From assembly GCF_036321535.1 (NCBI RefSeq), contig NC_087437.1, forward strand, positions 70,496,001 through 70,560,000: 64,000 nt of DNA, written 5' to 3'. Source of the DNA: Camelus dromedarius. Its lineage: Eukaryota. Of the stretch, positions 13,356 to 26,649 are shown in pieces (positions within the stretch are counted from its first letter, which is position 1; every line of letters starts with the position of its first letter). The position numbers and the translations under genes were made by a program. A model generated the notes under the pieces. The model ran no database searches, was not told the origin of the DNA, and saw nothing but the letters and a program-made list of their open reading frames with translations.

Positions 13356-14185
13356 CAGTACCTGACACATAGTGCATGCTCAGTAATTACCAACTACTAT
13401 TCTTAAAGACTGGCCCTACTGTTCTCAGGGATATTTATTCAGAGTCCTTAGCCTCTGAATGTAGGTATCTGCTTATTTCACTTCCCAAAACAAATTTGAA
13501 TGAAAACACTGGATAAGGAAAATCAGCTGTTATTTGAGGCCTTTTCTTACTTCATTACTCTTTCCTGAACACCCACTTTTAAAAAAGGAAGGAACTTGCT
13601 CTTTTTTTTTTTTTTAATTTCTTTGGTGTGTGGTCTTCGCAAGACATGGACCTTCCTTTCTATGTGATTCTCACCTGAAAATAATGAAGAAATAATAATA
13701 TTCTAATTCATATGGAGAACACAGCCAAACTTAGTAAACTAATGTTTGCATAGTGCTTAGAATTCTGAGGTTAAAATTGCTAAGATAAATGTACAGAACT
13801 ATTATTGCCACTAAAATTATGATAGACACTTTTTCTGTACCAAAAAATATCTCGTTTAATTATCTTTGTATTTTGAAAGTTATATGCCATCTTAAAGAAA
13901 ATGTTCAATGTTTATCTAAAGGAAAAACAAAGATCATGTCATTTCACTATCATATGATATAAAAATTTTCTGAGGAATCACTAGCTTCCAGTAAATAAAT
14001 GGCACATAAGACCTTATGATCCATCAGTCTGGATAGATGGGTGATTGATTCTCCTTATACGAGTGACACGCTCCAGTGAAACGGCTTTCAAAGGTCTTCT
14101 GATTTATGCCTCTCTTCTTTAGCTGTTGTTGGCTTGGAGTAAAGTAGCAATGCACTCTAATTCCAAGAGTAAGGAGGGTTTGGGA

Positions 14186-14250
14186 GTTTTGTTTTGTTTT
14201 TGATTTGTTTTGTTTTGTTTTGTTTTGTGTGTGTGTGTTTGTGTGTGTGT
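14186..14250. repeat. Compound microsatellite (GTTTT)n-(GT)n
   Basis: Read directly. Confidence 0.9.
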
Positions 14251-14499
14251 CTTGTCAGGTCCTTGGTTAATCCCATCCATTCAGTGGTCTAGCTAAAATG
14301 ACAGACAGTTAACACCCCACAGCAACAGGCTGTGATTTCAAACCAGGTCTGAACATACTCTTCTTAGAATAGTGACTCTTCCGTGTTGACTTTATACATT
14401 GTCTAGATTGTGAAGGGTCATTGTATATGATACCTTCTCTTACCAGCAGAAGATAAAGTTTAAATTGTAAAATTTAAGAGAGAATATCTTAGCCCTGTG

Positions 14500-14900
14500 T
14501 TTTATTTATGTAACAAATATCTAGTGAACACTTACTATTTATTAGACACAGTTCTGCTCACTAGTGATGCCATGGGGAAGAAGAGAAAAGTCTTTGGTTC
14601 AAAAAGCTCATACTTTAATGGGATGGACATATAATAAGCAAACAAATATATAATTTCAGAGAAGAAGGAATACTATGAAAAAACCAAATCAGGGTAAGGT
14701 AGGGTGGAGGTGGCAAAGCAATTTTAGATATGATGGTCAGTGTAGGTCTCCTGAAAAGGTGATATTTGAGTAAAGACCAGAATGAAGAGAATGAATGTGC
14801 CAAACTCTAGAGGAAGACCATTCCAGGCATAGGTAAAAATATGTCCTCAGGCCCTGAAGTGGGACTTAGCCTAGTGTGTCCCGAGAAGGAAAGAATGCTA
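14500..14900 (-). mobile_element. L2 (L2a-like) fragment
   Basis: aacaaatatctagtgaacacttactat...ggtcagtgtaggtctcctgaaaaggtgatatttgagtaaagacc...cattccaggcatagg...ggccctgaagtggga. Confidence 0.85.
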
Positions 14901-16759
14901 TATGAACTTTGACAATCTTCAAAATCCTGAAGAACCAGGTAGAGACTGGCCCATGTGATGTACACTTATTTGCCTTATACAATGTTTAGGGCTAGAGGAC
15001 AATAAAGGGTCCTTACAATATGATTTCCAGTCTTAGATTTTAAGACATGTTCATGACACTTCTGATTTTAGTAAAATCATAAAAGGACTAAATGCTTTCA
15101 GTCAGTGATACAGGACTAAATCTACTCTCATAAACCTAAGTTTACATCTCTGAATGTGCTTTAAGAAGGAGTGCCACAAGACAGGTAAAGCACACCAGTG
15201 AGCGGTGCAGGGTGACTGTGAGGGCAAGAAGAAAGAGGAAAGCACAGCACCGTAGGTGTGACTTTATTTTCAGCCTTCCTCCACTTAGACAGCATCTGCC
15301 CTCACAGTCACCTGCAGGCACCTCCTACCCATTGGTTTAACTCATCTTATTAGATGCATGGGTATGAGGGGTGTCTGCTGAAATGTTGTAACCTTCAGTG
15401 CTGTTCTGCCTCTGGAAATCTCTGATTATTCTGAAAATACTGACATTTCTTCTGTGACAGCAACCTTTCTTCAAAAGTTTTATGAAAATAAAAAATTTAA
15501 ACCACAATTTTTGGCACACTTGGAGTTGCTATCTCCTCAATAGAAGCCTATGGAAAATCATTTCATAAAGCACATAATCACATTCTAAATTTGTCACAAC
15601 TTCAGAATTCTGCATCTTGAGTGTTCATTGTGACAGATACCTATAGAAACAGATTATTCTCCCATACCGTTTTTGATATTGGAACGTGAACGATGTGTTC
15701 GTCCCTTACCTTGTTTTGTCTGTAGGAGAGTGTTGAAAGCCTCAGACTTGAATCTAGATGTGGAGAACAGCAGGGGCGTGATGTCTGTTGGTGACATTGG
15801 AGTCGTCAAGTGCAGTGTGAACCTTTGCTTTGTTTATGCATACACTCCACTGTCATTTAGTTTGTGCTTTTACAAAAGTAATTGAAAACAGTTCTTCACT
15901 ACCTATCATAGTCTTTTATAAAAGACTACCTTTGTTAGGGTACGTCACAAACTGCAGTGTGTGGTACTGGAGGCCATGACAGGAATGCTTGGAAATAGCT
16001 TGATCCTTGATGGTTATCTGTTGACTCTAAGGGGGAAAAAAAAAGAATGTCGTAAAGAGTCACCCCAAATTTTCCTCTAAATCAGCTTTTTGAGTAGTAG
16101 AAGCACATGGATTCTGAAACAAAAATATTATTTCCTTATTCAGAGTTTACCAACACCACCTCCAAATTAAAGAAAAGAGAGAGGGAGGGAGGAGAAGAGG
16201 GAGAAAGGGAAGAAAAGACGGTTAAAAGGGAAAAAAGGGGGAGGATGCTTCTCTTGGCATGTAGAATACTTCTCTTAAAATCTTTAGACATTTTGGGTTT
16301 TTTTAAATATTGTTTTGTTTCATTATACAACCTTGAAAGTTTAAAACTGACTAATTTACTCTAAGAAACTTCAGGTAAATGCAATTTCTGTTTTTAATAG
16401 TGATAGCTCAAATTTCATGTGGGTTCACAGCAGTCCTCCAATGTACTTAAGTGTATGGCTCTCTTATGCACTTCAAATACCCAGGATGTGTAGTTAACAG
16501 TGGTTGTGAGATAAGTATTAGGCCACTACAACAGTGATGCTATCGTGGGCTAGTGTCTGTCAGTAAAATAGATGCCACCAAGTAATGGAAATTACAAGAT
16601 GTTTTTGGTATAATTTGTCTAAAAAGGATCATGACAGGGAAGTCTGTTTTAGCTGAACGTCCAGAGTGGTAAAGAACTGGTGTGTTTGAATAAAGAAAAA
16701 GAGAGTGAAGCAGAGATTGTACTTTGCAGGCTGAAGAACCTCTCTGCCCTGCACAGGTA

Positions 16760-16773
16760 CCCCTAGAGGGCTC
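16760..16773 (+). promoter_or_regulatory. CTCF-like motif CCCCTAGAGGGCTC
   Basis: 12/14 match to the core CCASYAGRKGGCRS. Motif match only; binding is not shown. Confidence 0.35.
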
Positions 16774-18520
16774 AAATGTAACTTTATGGGAGGCAGAGTA
16801 TGCTTGAGATGAGACTAGTAGCTCCTAAAGCACATACGATGTCCCATGATTTCTTTTAACATCAGAAGAAAAAGAAAAAAACCCACAAGTAGAAACTGCA
16901 GGTGCTCCCTTTTTATTGCACTATGTAAAGAGAAAATGTAAAATGGACAAGCTTTCGACAATCATGTTCTCTTCATCAAGCTGTTATTGTTATTTTAGTG
17001 AGTCCACTAAAAAGAATTATCTAGAGCTCCTTGTTTTTACTTCTTTGTGTACTTGATGAATATGATTACCATTTTTGCCTCGTGTATTTAAGCCCCTCTG
17101 CCATAATCCCATATTCTGCCTAAAAGCCATGTCTGTAGGAGCTGTTCCCCCTTTTCTGGAATAGTTTTTAGGGATATGACTGCTTTAAGCAGGTGCAGTA
17201 AATGCATTTTTGGCGATTTTCACTGTTGTGTGCAAGTGCAAAGCATCTGACATAATTAAGCTGGGATTAATAGAGACCATTAGTAAAATAAGCTTGTTTT
17301 ATGAATGAAGACCTCACACTCCTTGAACATAGCCTTTCTTTGACAAATGCACTGCATTCACTTATGTAACACAGCATTGTATGCCTGGAAAGTGAATAAA
17401 CATTTGCCAGACTACCTTCCAGAGTTTCCCATTAACCGTCTTCTAATTCCATTCTTGTGGGCTGCAAAGGGAATCCGAATTTATTTTTACACAGAACAAA
17501 GGGACAGGCCTAGTACCACTAGGACCAGTGATTGTCAGCATCATGAGAAATCTTTAGTTAATTTTGGTTCTGAATTATTCTTAATCCTGTGTTTTTCTCA
17601 CTTTAGAATTTAAAGCATCCTATTAAAAATGGCCACCATACAAGGGAGGAGGGAGTGAAGGAAAATAATAAAGAACAGTGGCAACTGAGTTGATGCTGTA
17701 TAAATAAGCACATTTGCTGTGTCTCTGTTCTGCAGTTTTTATGTCCCATTGATGAGAAAGCTGGTTTGAGATGTAAATTGCTTCCCTTTGATTGAACCAG
17801 GGAGGAGATGTCATGTAACTCATCTCATCAGCACAGAGCATTGTGCGCCTTTGGTGAATGATAGGATAACAGAGCTAGGAAGAATTCCTTAACCTCTCTC
17901 TGCAGCCCTGTTCCAGTGTTTAATAACCACCAAAGGGAAGTACTTCCCTTCTGTTCACCTGACTGCCTTCTGTGGTTTGAGCTCATTTCTTCTGATCCTG
18001 ACCTTAAATATTTTGTAAAGGATCTCTGGAAAGTGCATGGTTTTAACTTGCCGTGTATATACTATAAATTCAAATATAAAGTTATGGGGAGGTTTTTTTT
18101 TTTGCTTCTTTGTTTTAGGTGGAAAGTATTTAAAAGATTGCTTTGGAAAATGAGAAAGGGGGTGAAAAAAATATCTGAAGGCAATATTTTTCATAGTATG
18201 TCTCACTTGTCTAGATTTCAGATAAACCTAGAAGAGACAGCTCTCCATGAAACTGAGAACTGGGTAGGAGCAGAGGTAGAAGTTGCAGGTAGAATGTCCC
18301 TGTGATATCCATGAGATTGTGTGTTATATGGGCAAAGAATTAGTAAATGGATTTAAAACAAAAGAATTGGAAACAGGCCTGCAATCAGTGTAGCCTGGTA
18401 TCTCCACAAAGCAGGGACATTTTTTTATAAAAAATTCAGGGCAGATATCACAGCCCTATCATGACAGCACGGCCTTTTCTTCCTCCCCTTCTATTAAATC
18501 TACATTTTGAAGGTGGATGG

Positions 18521-18531
18521 TGCTGACTCAT
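18521..18531 (+). promoter_or_regulatory. NF-E2/NRF2-type MARE/AP-1 site TGCTGACTCAT
   Basis: Exact match to TGCTGASTCAY in repeat-free sequence. Confidence 0.35.
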
Positions 18532-19059
18532 AAATTAAATTGGAGTAATACATACAGTGTATATATATTTCTGTCACTTTGTCTCAAATTAAACACGAAC
18601 CTTCTCCCCTGACAAGATGATAGAAAAGTTAATTGCTCGCCCTGGCTTTAAATTGGAATTTGAATTTGCAAAATGCTAAAGGTTTATGAGATCTAAATCA
18701 TGAGGAGCTTAAATTACATTCCTGTGATAAAATATTAATAAATCAATTAAAACATAAGCCGAGTATAATATTACTTTTTTTTTGTAAGAACCTTGAACAC
18801 AATAATTCATTAGGGTGTAGTGCAGTAACAATTATTGTATCTTTTTTTAATTTTCTTTTTATTAGTTTTTTTTTGATAAATACATCATCAGATAACATTC
18901 CACAGGGTGGATTATCATTGCCCCAATTCAGCATCCAGAAATTCTGTTGCACCCCCAAACAAGAGCTCACAGCCTAAATATCTGCTGTTACTTATCCTTG
19001 TTAGCATTAGCTGCTTCTTTTCCTGAAGGGGTATTTTCCTCTTGGGAACATCTGTTCAA

Positions 19060-19220
19060 TGCCAGCTCTGCCATTTTGTGGTTTCTGAATCTCTCTTCAG
19101 AAAATGGGCATAATCATAATAACACTACCTCAGAACTGGCATGAGGATCAAATTAGATAATGTACGTGGAAAACATTTATAGGTGGAAAAGCACCATCAA
19201 ATGTTAATGATTACTATTAT
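19060..19220 (+). mobile_element. MIR SINE
   Basis: aaaatgggcataatcataataacactacctcagaactggcatgaggatcaaattagataatgtacgtgga. Confidence 0.75.
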
Positions 19221-19239
19221 AAATTGGGGAATTTTTATC

Positions 19240-19410
19240 TCTAGAAGGGCTCTTAGACATTACTTAGTAACCAACCCTTCATTTTAAACATGAAGGCTCA
19301 GAGGTCCAGAGAGGTTAGGCAACTTGTCTGAAGTCACACAGCTAGATAGTAAAACTGCTCCATTTAAAATCAGGACACCTAAACCCGAACTCAGATGTTT
19401 TCTCCTCTCT
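19240..19410 (-). mobile_element. MIR SINE
   Basis: cttcattttaaacatgaaggctcagaggtccagagaggttaggcaacttgtctgaagtcacacagcta. Confidence 0.8.
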
Positions 19411-20704
19411 ACCTGAAACCTACAAAAATGCTAGGAAGGTCACGTCAGATTTTATATGTTATTTACTTTCTCCACATTGTTTTCTCTTTGAATCTGGGCT
19501 TTTATAACTGACTAAACAGTAGTGATTTTAGGGATGATTTTCTACGGGGCCCGGTGGAACAAACTCTTATCCCCACAGCTGTCAGGAAGGGGTTCATTTC
19601 GCTAAGGAGATACTGCCTTGTCCTGCTGCCCCCCAAATGAAGGCTCAGCAGTGTGTTTTCCTCTCCTACAGGATTCTGGAGGAAGCCTCAGATGAGGAAA
19701 GACAGTAGCCTTGCTTTTTAAATACTTGCCCCATGTAATGATGGATTAAGATTCACCCACCACCAGTCCTAGCTCCTTTACCTCCTTCCTGCTCTCTGGC
19801 CCTAGCTTGCAGTTTTCCTGTCCCACTTCCCACACCCAAGCCTCAAGAATGACTGGGATTTGCTTTTTATTTATTTTGAAAATAAAGATAACCACTTCTT
19901 TAATACTGAACAGACTTTTCCAAATAATAATACTTGGAAATGAATAGATACGTTTCTTTCTCTGATGCTATGCTAACTCTAGCTCAACAGGGTATCAGCA
20001 GATCAGAGAATAAGAGACTGACTGCTAATCCTGTTCTTCCTGGTAGCATGGGATGTGATAACTGACAAGTTTTCATCATTTAATCTGTGTTTCCTCTTCT
20101 CACCAACAGTAATAACAAGGTCAACCTATACTAGTGTTTTGAAGACCTCCATTAAATGATTATAAAATGTTTGCAAAATGATAAAGAATTATATAAATGT
20201 TATACAATAATATTCTGTGATCTTCTAGGAATGAGTTCAGGCAAAGTGGATAAACACTTTGGAATCCATAACATTCACATATGTAATCATTACTTAATAG
20301 TGGTATAGTTTTCATAAAATATTCAGTGCATTATGAAGAGAGATAATATGGTCTCTGTCCTGAAGGTTTAAGATTGGGATATATTATTTTACAAGAGGGA
20401 AGAAAGTTAATTAAGACAAAAAGAAGTTAATTGAAACAGAGAAACTGTTGGAACTATAAGGTTAGTCAAGGATATAAAAATAAAAGTCATAGATCTTAAG
20501 GAAAAGTAGATTCTATGGTGGCATTTAGTGAAGTAGTTCATGAACAGAAAAGCCATTGTTCAAAGTCCAGCAATATATCAGTTGTCAAGTGTCTTAAATC
20601 CTCAGTTAAGAACATAAAAATAAGCAAAATATGCTTTTAAGAAACCAGATGAGATTTGATGAAATCCATGAACTTTGCATAACCCTCCACAGTATCTCTG
20701 ATTT

Positions 20705-20910
20705 TAAAATTCATTTATTGAGCCAATACTATGTACTAAACCTTATGTAGATATGATATACATTTTTCTCATAACAATACTTAATTAATTTTATGAATGA
20801 GGAAATAGATTCAGGGATGTTAAATGATGTGCACAAGGACAGAGAGCAAGGATTCAATCCAGGTCTGTCTGACTTCAAAGCTTCCTTCTCTTTCCATTAC
20901 TGTATACTAT
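20705..20910 (-). mobile_element. MIR SINE
   Basis: catttattgagccaatactatgtac...ttttatgaatgaggaaatagattcaggg...ggattcaatccaggtctgtctgacttcaaagc. Confidence 0.8.
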
Positions 20911-21199
20911 CTTTCATAGCAGATTTAAGACAATAAAAAACACATAAGAACTATATAAATGTACTATAGAAGAGGAAGTAGGGAGAGACTTTATTCCTAG
21001 AGGCAGACTCACTGAAAACAGTAAATAAAATGGCAGTTCAGAGCTCAGCTGAACAATTAGAAAAAGCACACAAAAGGATCACAAAAGTATATCATGTTGC
21101 GTAGTATAAACTGCCCTGTGTATCTGAATTACCTTTGACAGTATCATAAAACCTTATTTTTATCTTGGTCATCTTTTATTATTATAAAGACCCTTATAC

Positions 21200-21420
21200 T
21201 TTTCTGGTTGTTTATTAGTTTACAAAGCATTTTGATATATATTATTTCATTTGCCACTCCCAGAAAACCTGTATGATGAGAAAAGAAGTATTCCTGTTCC
21301 GATTTTACAAATGGGAGAACTGAAGCTTGAGTAGGTTAAATGATTTGGAAAAAATTTAATGGTAAGACATGGCAGACAGAGCTTAAGAATCCAGAACTTC
21401 TTACCCTGGGGTACTTTCAC
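21200..21420 (-). mobile_element. MIR SINE
   Basis: tttacaaagcattttgatatatattatttcattt...gattttacaaatgggagaactgaagcttgagtaggttaaatgatttg. Confidence 0.75.
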
Positions 21421-23044
21421 TATATAATTTCTTCAGAAAATAGGAAATAATTATTAAAATGTACACCTTAATGTTTAAAAGAAAAGTGTTTAAACAGTCA
21501 ACTAGAAAATTTGCTTATTTTCTCCTATTATAGAAAAAATGAGTCATTGCAGTAGCAAATTCTAGAGATGAAAGCAACTGAAACATAACTTTGTCAGTCA
21601 CCCACATAAGATAGTTTTTACTTCTTTCCCACATCTTCCATAAATCTTGTCATTCTACAACCAAAGCTTTGTGTCATAGCTTCATCTGGAAGTCTCAGGT
21701 TTAGTCTAAGTTTTAAAGTCCCCTATTTAAATGCAAATACGCTTATGAAGGGAGACATACTATGGTCAACTAATGTAAATACTTAGTTGACACCTTACAA
21801 TGGATTAGTCCAGTTTTGGGACAAGAATGACCAAACACTTACTTGAAGGAAGAGTTGAAGAGGAGCTAACAAATGAAGTTCTCTTCTTACCAATTAGAGG
21901 ACATAGATGAAAACTTAAATGCAATTCTACTTTATACCTTTTTATGCAAAAACAAATAGGCAATCAATCAAAGAAACGAACAAACAAGCAAACAAAAATG
22001 AGACACTTAAAACCCCTCTTCCTTTAGAAGACAGGCACAATCCCAAATCACCAACCATGAAATACTATGAAATTTAGACCAAGTCAAGGAGGACATTGAG
22101 AGTATATTAAACATATGTAGTAACCAGAACCTCTGAAAGTAGATGGAATGACGCTGAGGGACACACGCTACAATTACTTACATGGAACAGGAATGTCCAA
22201 GCTATTGGTGATCTGTAGTTGCAGTCCTGAGTCCTATTCTACAGAGAGATCAACAGAGAAGCTGAATGTGAAAAGAATGGTACTAGCCTGCCACATGTAC
22301 CAGACCAGGATGTGAGGATGTCAAAGTAGAAATAGTAAGCCACATCAGCTTTCACCATGTTGATCACATTCTGGAGAAGAAAAAGAAACATTAAATTATG
22401 ACCAGCAAAATCTTTAATGTACAGGACTTCATACAAATCCTTTAGGGCTCTCATTAACCCAGATGAGGAAGTTACTGAGCAGAGATGTATTCCTTGAGCA
22501 GTGTGCAGAGTGAAGTTCGAGAGAAAAGAGTATAATGTGCCAGCAAATATGGCACCAAAACGTAACTCCATACTGCCCCAATTCTCGCTGTAGCCAATTC
22601 TGTTCAGCAAACAGCTGATAAAATTAGCTGATTGAAAAATGGGACATAATCAGGAACAAGCACTGGACCTGTGCTAATTTAAGCAAAAGTAACATAAAGA
22701 AAAATAGATCAAGATCTATACCAGAAAAAGAGTTATACTAGAAAATAATACATACTTTCCATAGTAGGAAAAAACAAATGGAAGAAATTGTAACCTTTTA
22801 AAAAAATAGATCAAAGATTAGGTATATAAGATCAGAGAGATAACAAAAAGAGGGAAATAAAATGACCTGTGAGAGAACATGAAAGAAATGGCAGAGAAAA
22901 GTAAAACTATTAAAGGACTAAAAGCCACATTAGATACAGAAAGTAGCAGAAGGAAAGAACTTGTAACAACACTACCAGAATATTGTGAGTGAGAAAAAAA
23001 GGTTTTAAATAAAAAACAAAAATAGTTTAAAAATAATGTGAAAA

Positions 23045-23795
23045 GGTGATAATTATGATTGGCAACTCATAACTCAACTAAAAATATTATCTCCCTAATA
23101 AATCAGAGCTCCTGCAAATTGATAAGAAAAAAGACCAACAACTCAATAGGAAAACTGGCAAAAAAAAATGAAATGACTCTGAAACTTACCAATATATATT
23201 CAACTCATACATAATAAGATAAATAAAGATTAAAATATTCATGATAAGAGAAATGCAAATTAGAAAAACACCAATATGCATTTTCATCTATCAAAATGCC
23301 AAAAATAAACAACTTCAAATGGAGATAAATTTTATAATATCTACCAAAATAACAAGTACATATACTCCTTGAACCTTTAATTCTGGTTTCAAGAACTTAT
23401 TCCATATGAGTAAAATAATGTGTACACAAGATTATTCACTACAGCGTTAGTTATTGGAAATATTGGAAATAATCTAAATGCTTGTCAATAGGGAATTAGG
23501 TTAATGAACCATTATATATCCATTCTATATATATATTTTTTAAGTGAAAAATGCAAGATGTGGAGCAGTTGTATAATATAAAAATATACACATGAACATA
23601 ATATGTATTTTTCACTGGCATGTCTGTTTCTTACAAAGCAAACAAACTAATAGCAGTGCTACCTGTCAGAGGACGGTGTAAGAACTGGGTGGCTGGAAAA
23701 CAGGAAGATAGACTTTTTACCATATGTCGTTTCATACATTTGTATTTTGGAATCATGTAAATGTGTTATCTGTTAAAATTGAATAAATAAAATTT
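23045..23795 (+). mobile_element. L1ME-like 3' fragment nested in the older L1 block
   Basis: aagaaatgcaaattagaaaaacacc...ggaaataatctaaatgcttgtcaataggga...ttttggaatcatgtaaatgtgttatctgttaaaattgaataaataaa. Confidence 0.7.
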
Positions 23796-24689
23796 TATGT
23801 TATACCTTTGGAAGGTAAAGGAAATACAGGAACAACTGATATTTGTGAAGAAAAAAAGAACAGAGGAAATGGGAAACAATATCAATGTGTAATATGATAA
23901 AATTTTTCTGAAATGAAGGTAGTCCTGAATCTTTATATTGAAAAGGACACACTATATCCTAGGAAAATCATGGTGCTGTGCAATAAGCACTGAGATCTAG
24001 CTTGATGAAATTACGGAGCTTCATGGTTGAATAAAGATACCTGGAAAGCATATAGGAAAAAATATTAACAAGGAAGAGATTGAATTTGCCTAAAAATTCT
24101 AAAATGCAAATACTCAGAGACTGTAACACCATGAACTATATACAAAACAAAGCAAAATGTTTAATGATGAGTTTAGACTACGAAAAGACTGAGAGAAGCC
24201 ATGATAAATAAACATTAGTAAATCTCAGATCAACTTAAAAGTAGACCTATGACTGAACAATGGGAGTGTGGCGGGGATGATGTTACAGAATAGAATGTAA
24301 ATGGCATAAACCTTGATAATATAAAAATAACAACATGACAGAACCTGAGAGATTTGAAAGGTAAAGAGGAGGTAATAGGAGGCAAGTGTGGATTAATTCA
24401 CCTGTGTTTCATAGCTGAGAATGAGGGATCAATATTGTCTGACAATGACTAAGTAACAGAGATGTAGATACGTTATTCAAAACTATAAAAATAATCACAA
24501 AAAGAATTAAAAGTAACAATTTAGCTAAAGTCCAGTTGTGAAGAGAGAGAGTGGAAGTGTAGGGGTGTATCTTCATAATTTTTAAAATAGTTTTTTAGAT
24601 AATCCAAAGTTGTATTATAAAGTCATCAAGTCAAAAAAAATAAAATAGGACTTTAACTCCATTATTAAAATGTATAAAGTTAGCCTTTA

Positions 24690-24862
24690 GAATAGTGTAC
24701 TCAAGGTAGAGTCATCAGACCATCAGAATGAGTATTATAAAAGCCTTTAAAAAATACCCAGTATCTCAATCCAGACCTACTGAATCTCTAGGTGGAGAAG
24801 GATAAGACTTGGGATCTCTATTTGTAATAAATCCCCTAAGTCTGAGAAATACTGCAGTAGAA
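24690..24862. mobile_element. MER5-like hAT-Charlie MITE
   Basis: tagtgtactcaag...catcagaatg...ccagacctactgaatctctagg...aagtctgagaaatactgcagtag. Confidence 0.6.
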
Positions 24863-25470
24863 GAGTTAACAAACTAAGATAAAACTTCCAAACTATTAGG
24901 AGGAAAACACAGTAATGAAATAAGTCATTAGAAAAGAAAGGAAGTGATTTTTAAAATAATATATGATAAGATGGCAGAATTAAGATCAAGCATATATTTT
25001 ACAGCAATAAGTATAAAGACAAAGTCATCTATTAAAAATATAGTTTATCATTAAGAAGTCTGCTAATACAATTAGCCATGTTAATAGATCAAAGAAGAAA
25101 AGAATATGATGCCCGAAGAACATTTAAGGTAATTCAAGCTATATACTATCACAATGTAATGAGTTAGAGATTAAAATTTAAAAGGAAAAAAATTAAAACC
25201 ATTATCTCTTGGTAAAATTTAAGCTGTTAAAATCCATTTTTGAATTAAAGAGAGATTACAAAATGTACAGAAAATAAGCATATATAGGTATAGATAGAGC
25301 AGTGTTCAGAGGAAAATCTATAGCTTTAAATATTAACATTTTGGGAAGAATAATTATAGACATACTAGCATTCATTTCAAGAAGTCGGTTAAAAGAAAAG
25401 AATCTGCAAAGCATAAAGAAAATTGATAAAAACAAAATCATAAATTAGTGAATTAGAAAACAAAAATAGA

Positions 25471-25790
25471 CAAAAACAAAAACAAACAAACAAACAAAAA
25501 CAAAGCGTAAATAAAGGACAGAAATAGACTCACAGACAGAGAATACAGACTTGTGGTTACCAGGGGGGTGGAGGGTGGGAAGGGATAGACTGGGATTTCA
25601 AAACTGTAGAATAGACTACACTGTATAGCACAGGGAAATATACACAAAATGTTATGATAACTCACAGAGAAAAAAATGTGACAATGAGTGTGTATATGTA
25701 GATGAATAACTGAAAAATTGTGCTGAACACTGGAATTTGACACAACATTGTAAAATGATTATAAATCAATAAAAAATGTTAAAAAAAAAA
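25471..25790 (+). mobile_element. Young 5'-truncated L1 3'UTR (camelid-type) with poly(A) and a perfect 16-bp TSD
   Basis: TSD agaaaacaaaaataga at 25455-25470 and 25791-25806, preceded by tt (L1 endonuclease-type site). Ends aataaaaaatgtt followed by an A-run. Confidence 0.92.
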
Positions 25791-26649
25791 AGAAAACAAA
25801 AATAGAGACACTAACACATCAGAGTTGTGTTTTACAAAAAGAATGACAAAACAATAAATAAATCAACATCACATGATTTAATTACTAAATAAGAAAGCCC
25901 ACAAGTGCACAAAATTAGAAATACAGAAAGAGAAGTAATCATAAGAATAGAGGAAATTAAAATAATGATTATGAATAATTTATATATAAATCTGAAAAAT
26001 TTGGACACAGTAGTTGATTTCTAGGTAAATATACATTATCATTAAGAGTTTCAAGAGAAATAAAAAGAAATTTAGAGACTATTTTTTTTCTTATCATTTA
26101 AAGGTGTCCCCAGGGTTTTTTCCATTAGCATCAAATAGCCAAGAATAGACTCCACTAGAGTTTCTGTTCTTTTTGTATCAATAGACATCTTGTTTCATTG
26201 CTTTTCTTGACTAAGTTATGAGAAGCTGGGCAGAAGTAAAGATTGTCTCTGTGTCCTTGATTCAGGTTTCTTCTGCCTGCCTCCTGAAGGAGTTAGGGCT
26301 GAGAGGATAATGAAAGGACCTCTGGTTTCTAGGCTTAGTTCTTCTACTATTTTCTTATAATATAAAACATTTACATGCATTGCTCCATGGCTTTGTTTTT
26401 TTAATCTCTCAATTAAGATTTAAACTAGATTCATGGTTCATATACTTTTCCCAGAAAAATATATCTACGCCCAACATTTCAAGGCTTCACAGTCTTCCCA
26501 AACCTCTTTCTCAACCCAGAATTCTAGAACCATTCTCTGGATAATTTTAAATTGCTTCAGTTTTAACATTTTATAGATTCTGGGATCACATAGCTTTAAA
26601 CACACACCTCAAATGGAATGATCATCACTAAGAAAAGCCCAATACATGA

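Larger units (their letters stand above)
21950..26070 (+). mobile_element. Degenerate old L1M/HAL1-like block (ORF1- and ORF2-derived pieces) hosting nested insertions
   Basis: Strongly A-rich. ORF1-like segment at ~23820-24100 (aaatttttctgaaatgaag...ctgaatctttatattgaaaaggacacac) and ORF2-like segment at ~25300 (aagcagtgttcagaggaaaatctatagc-type, read here as gagcagtgttcagaggaaaatctatagc). Boundaries are approximate. Confidence 0.6.
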
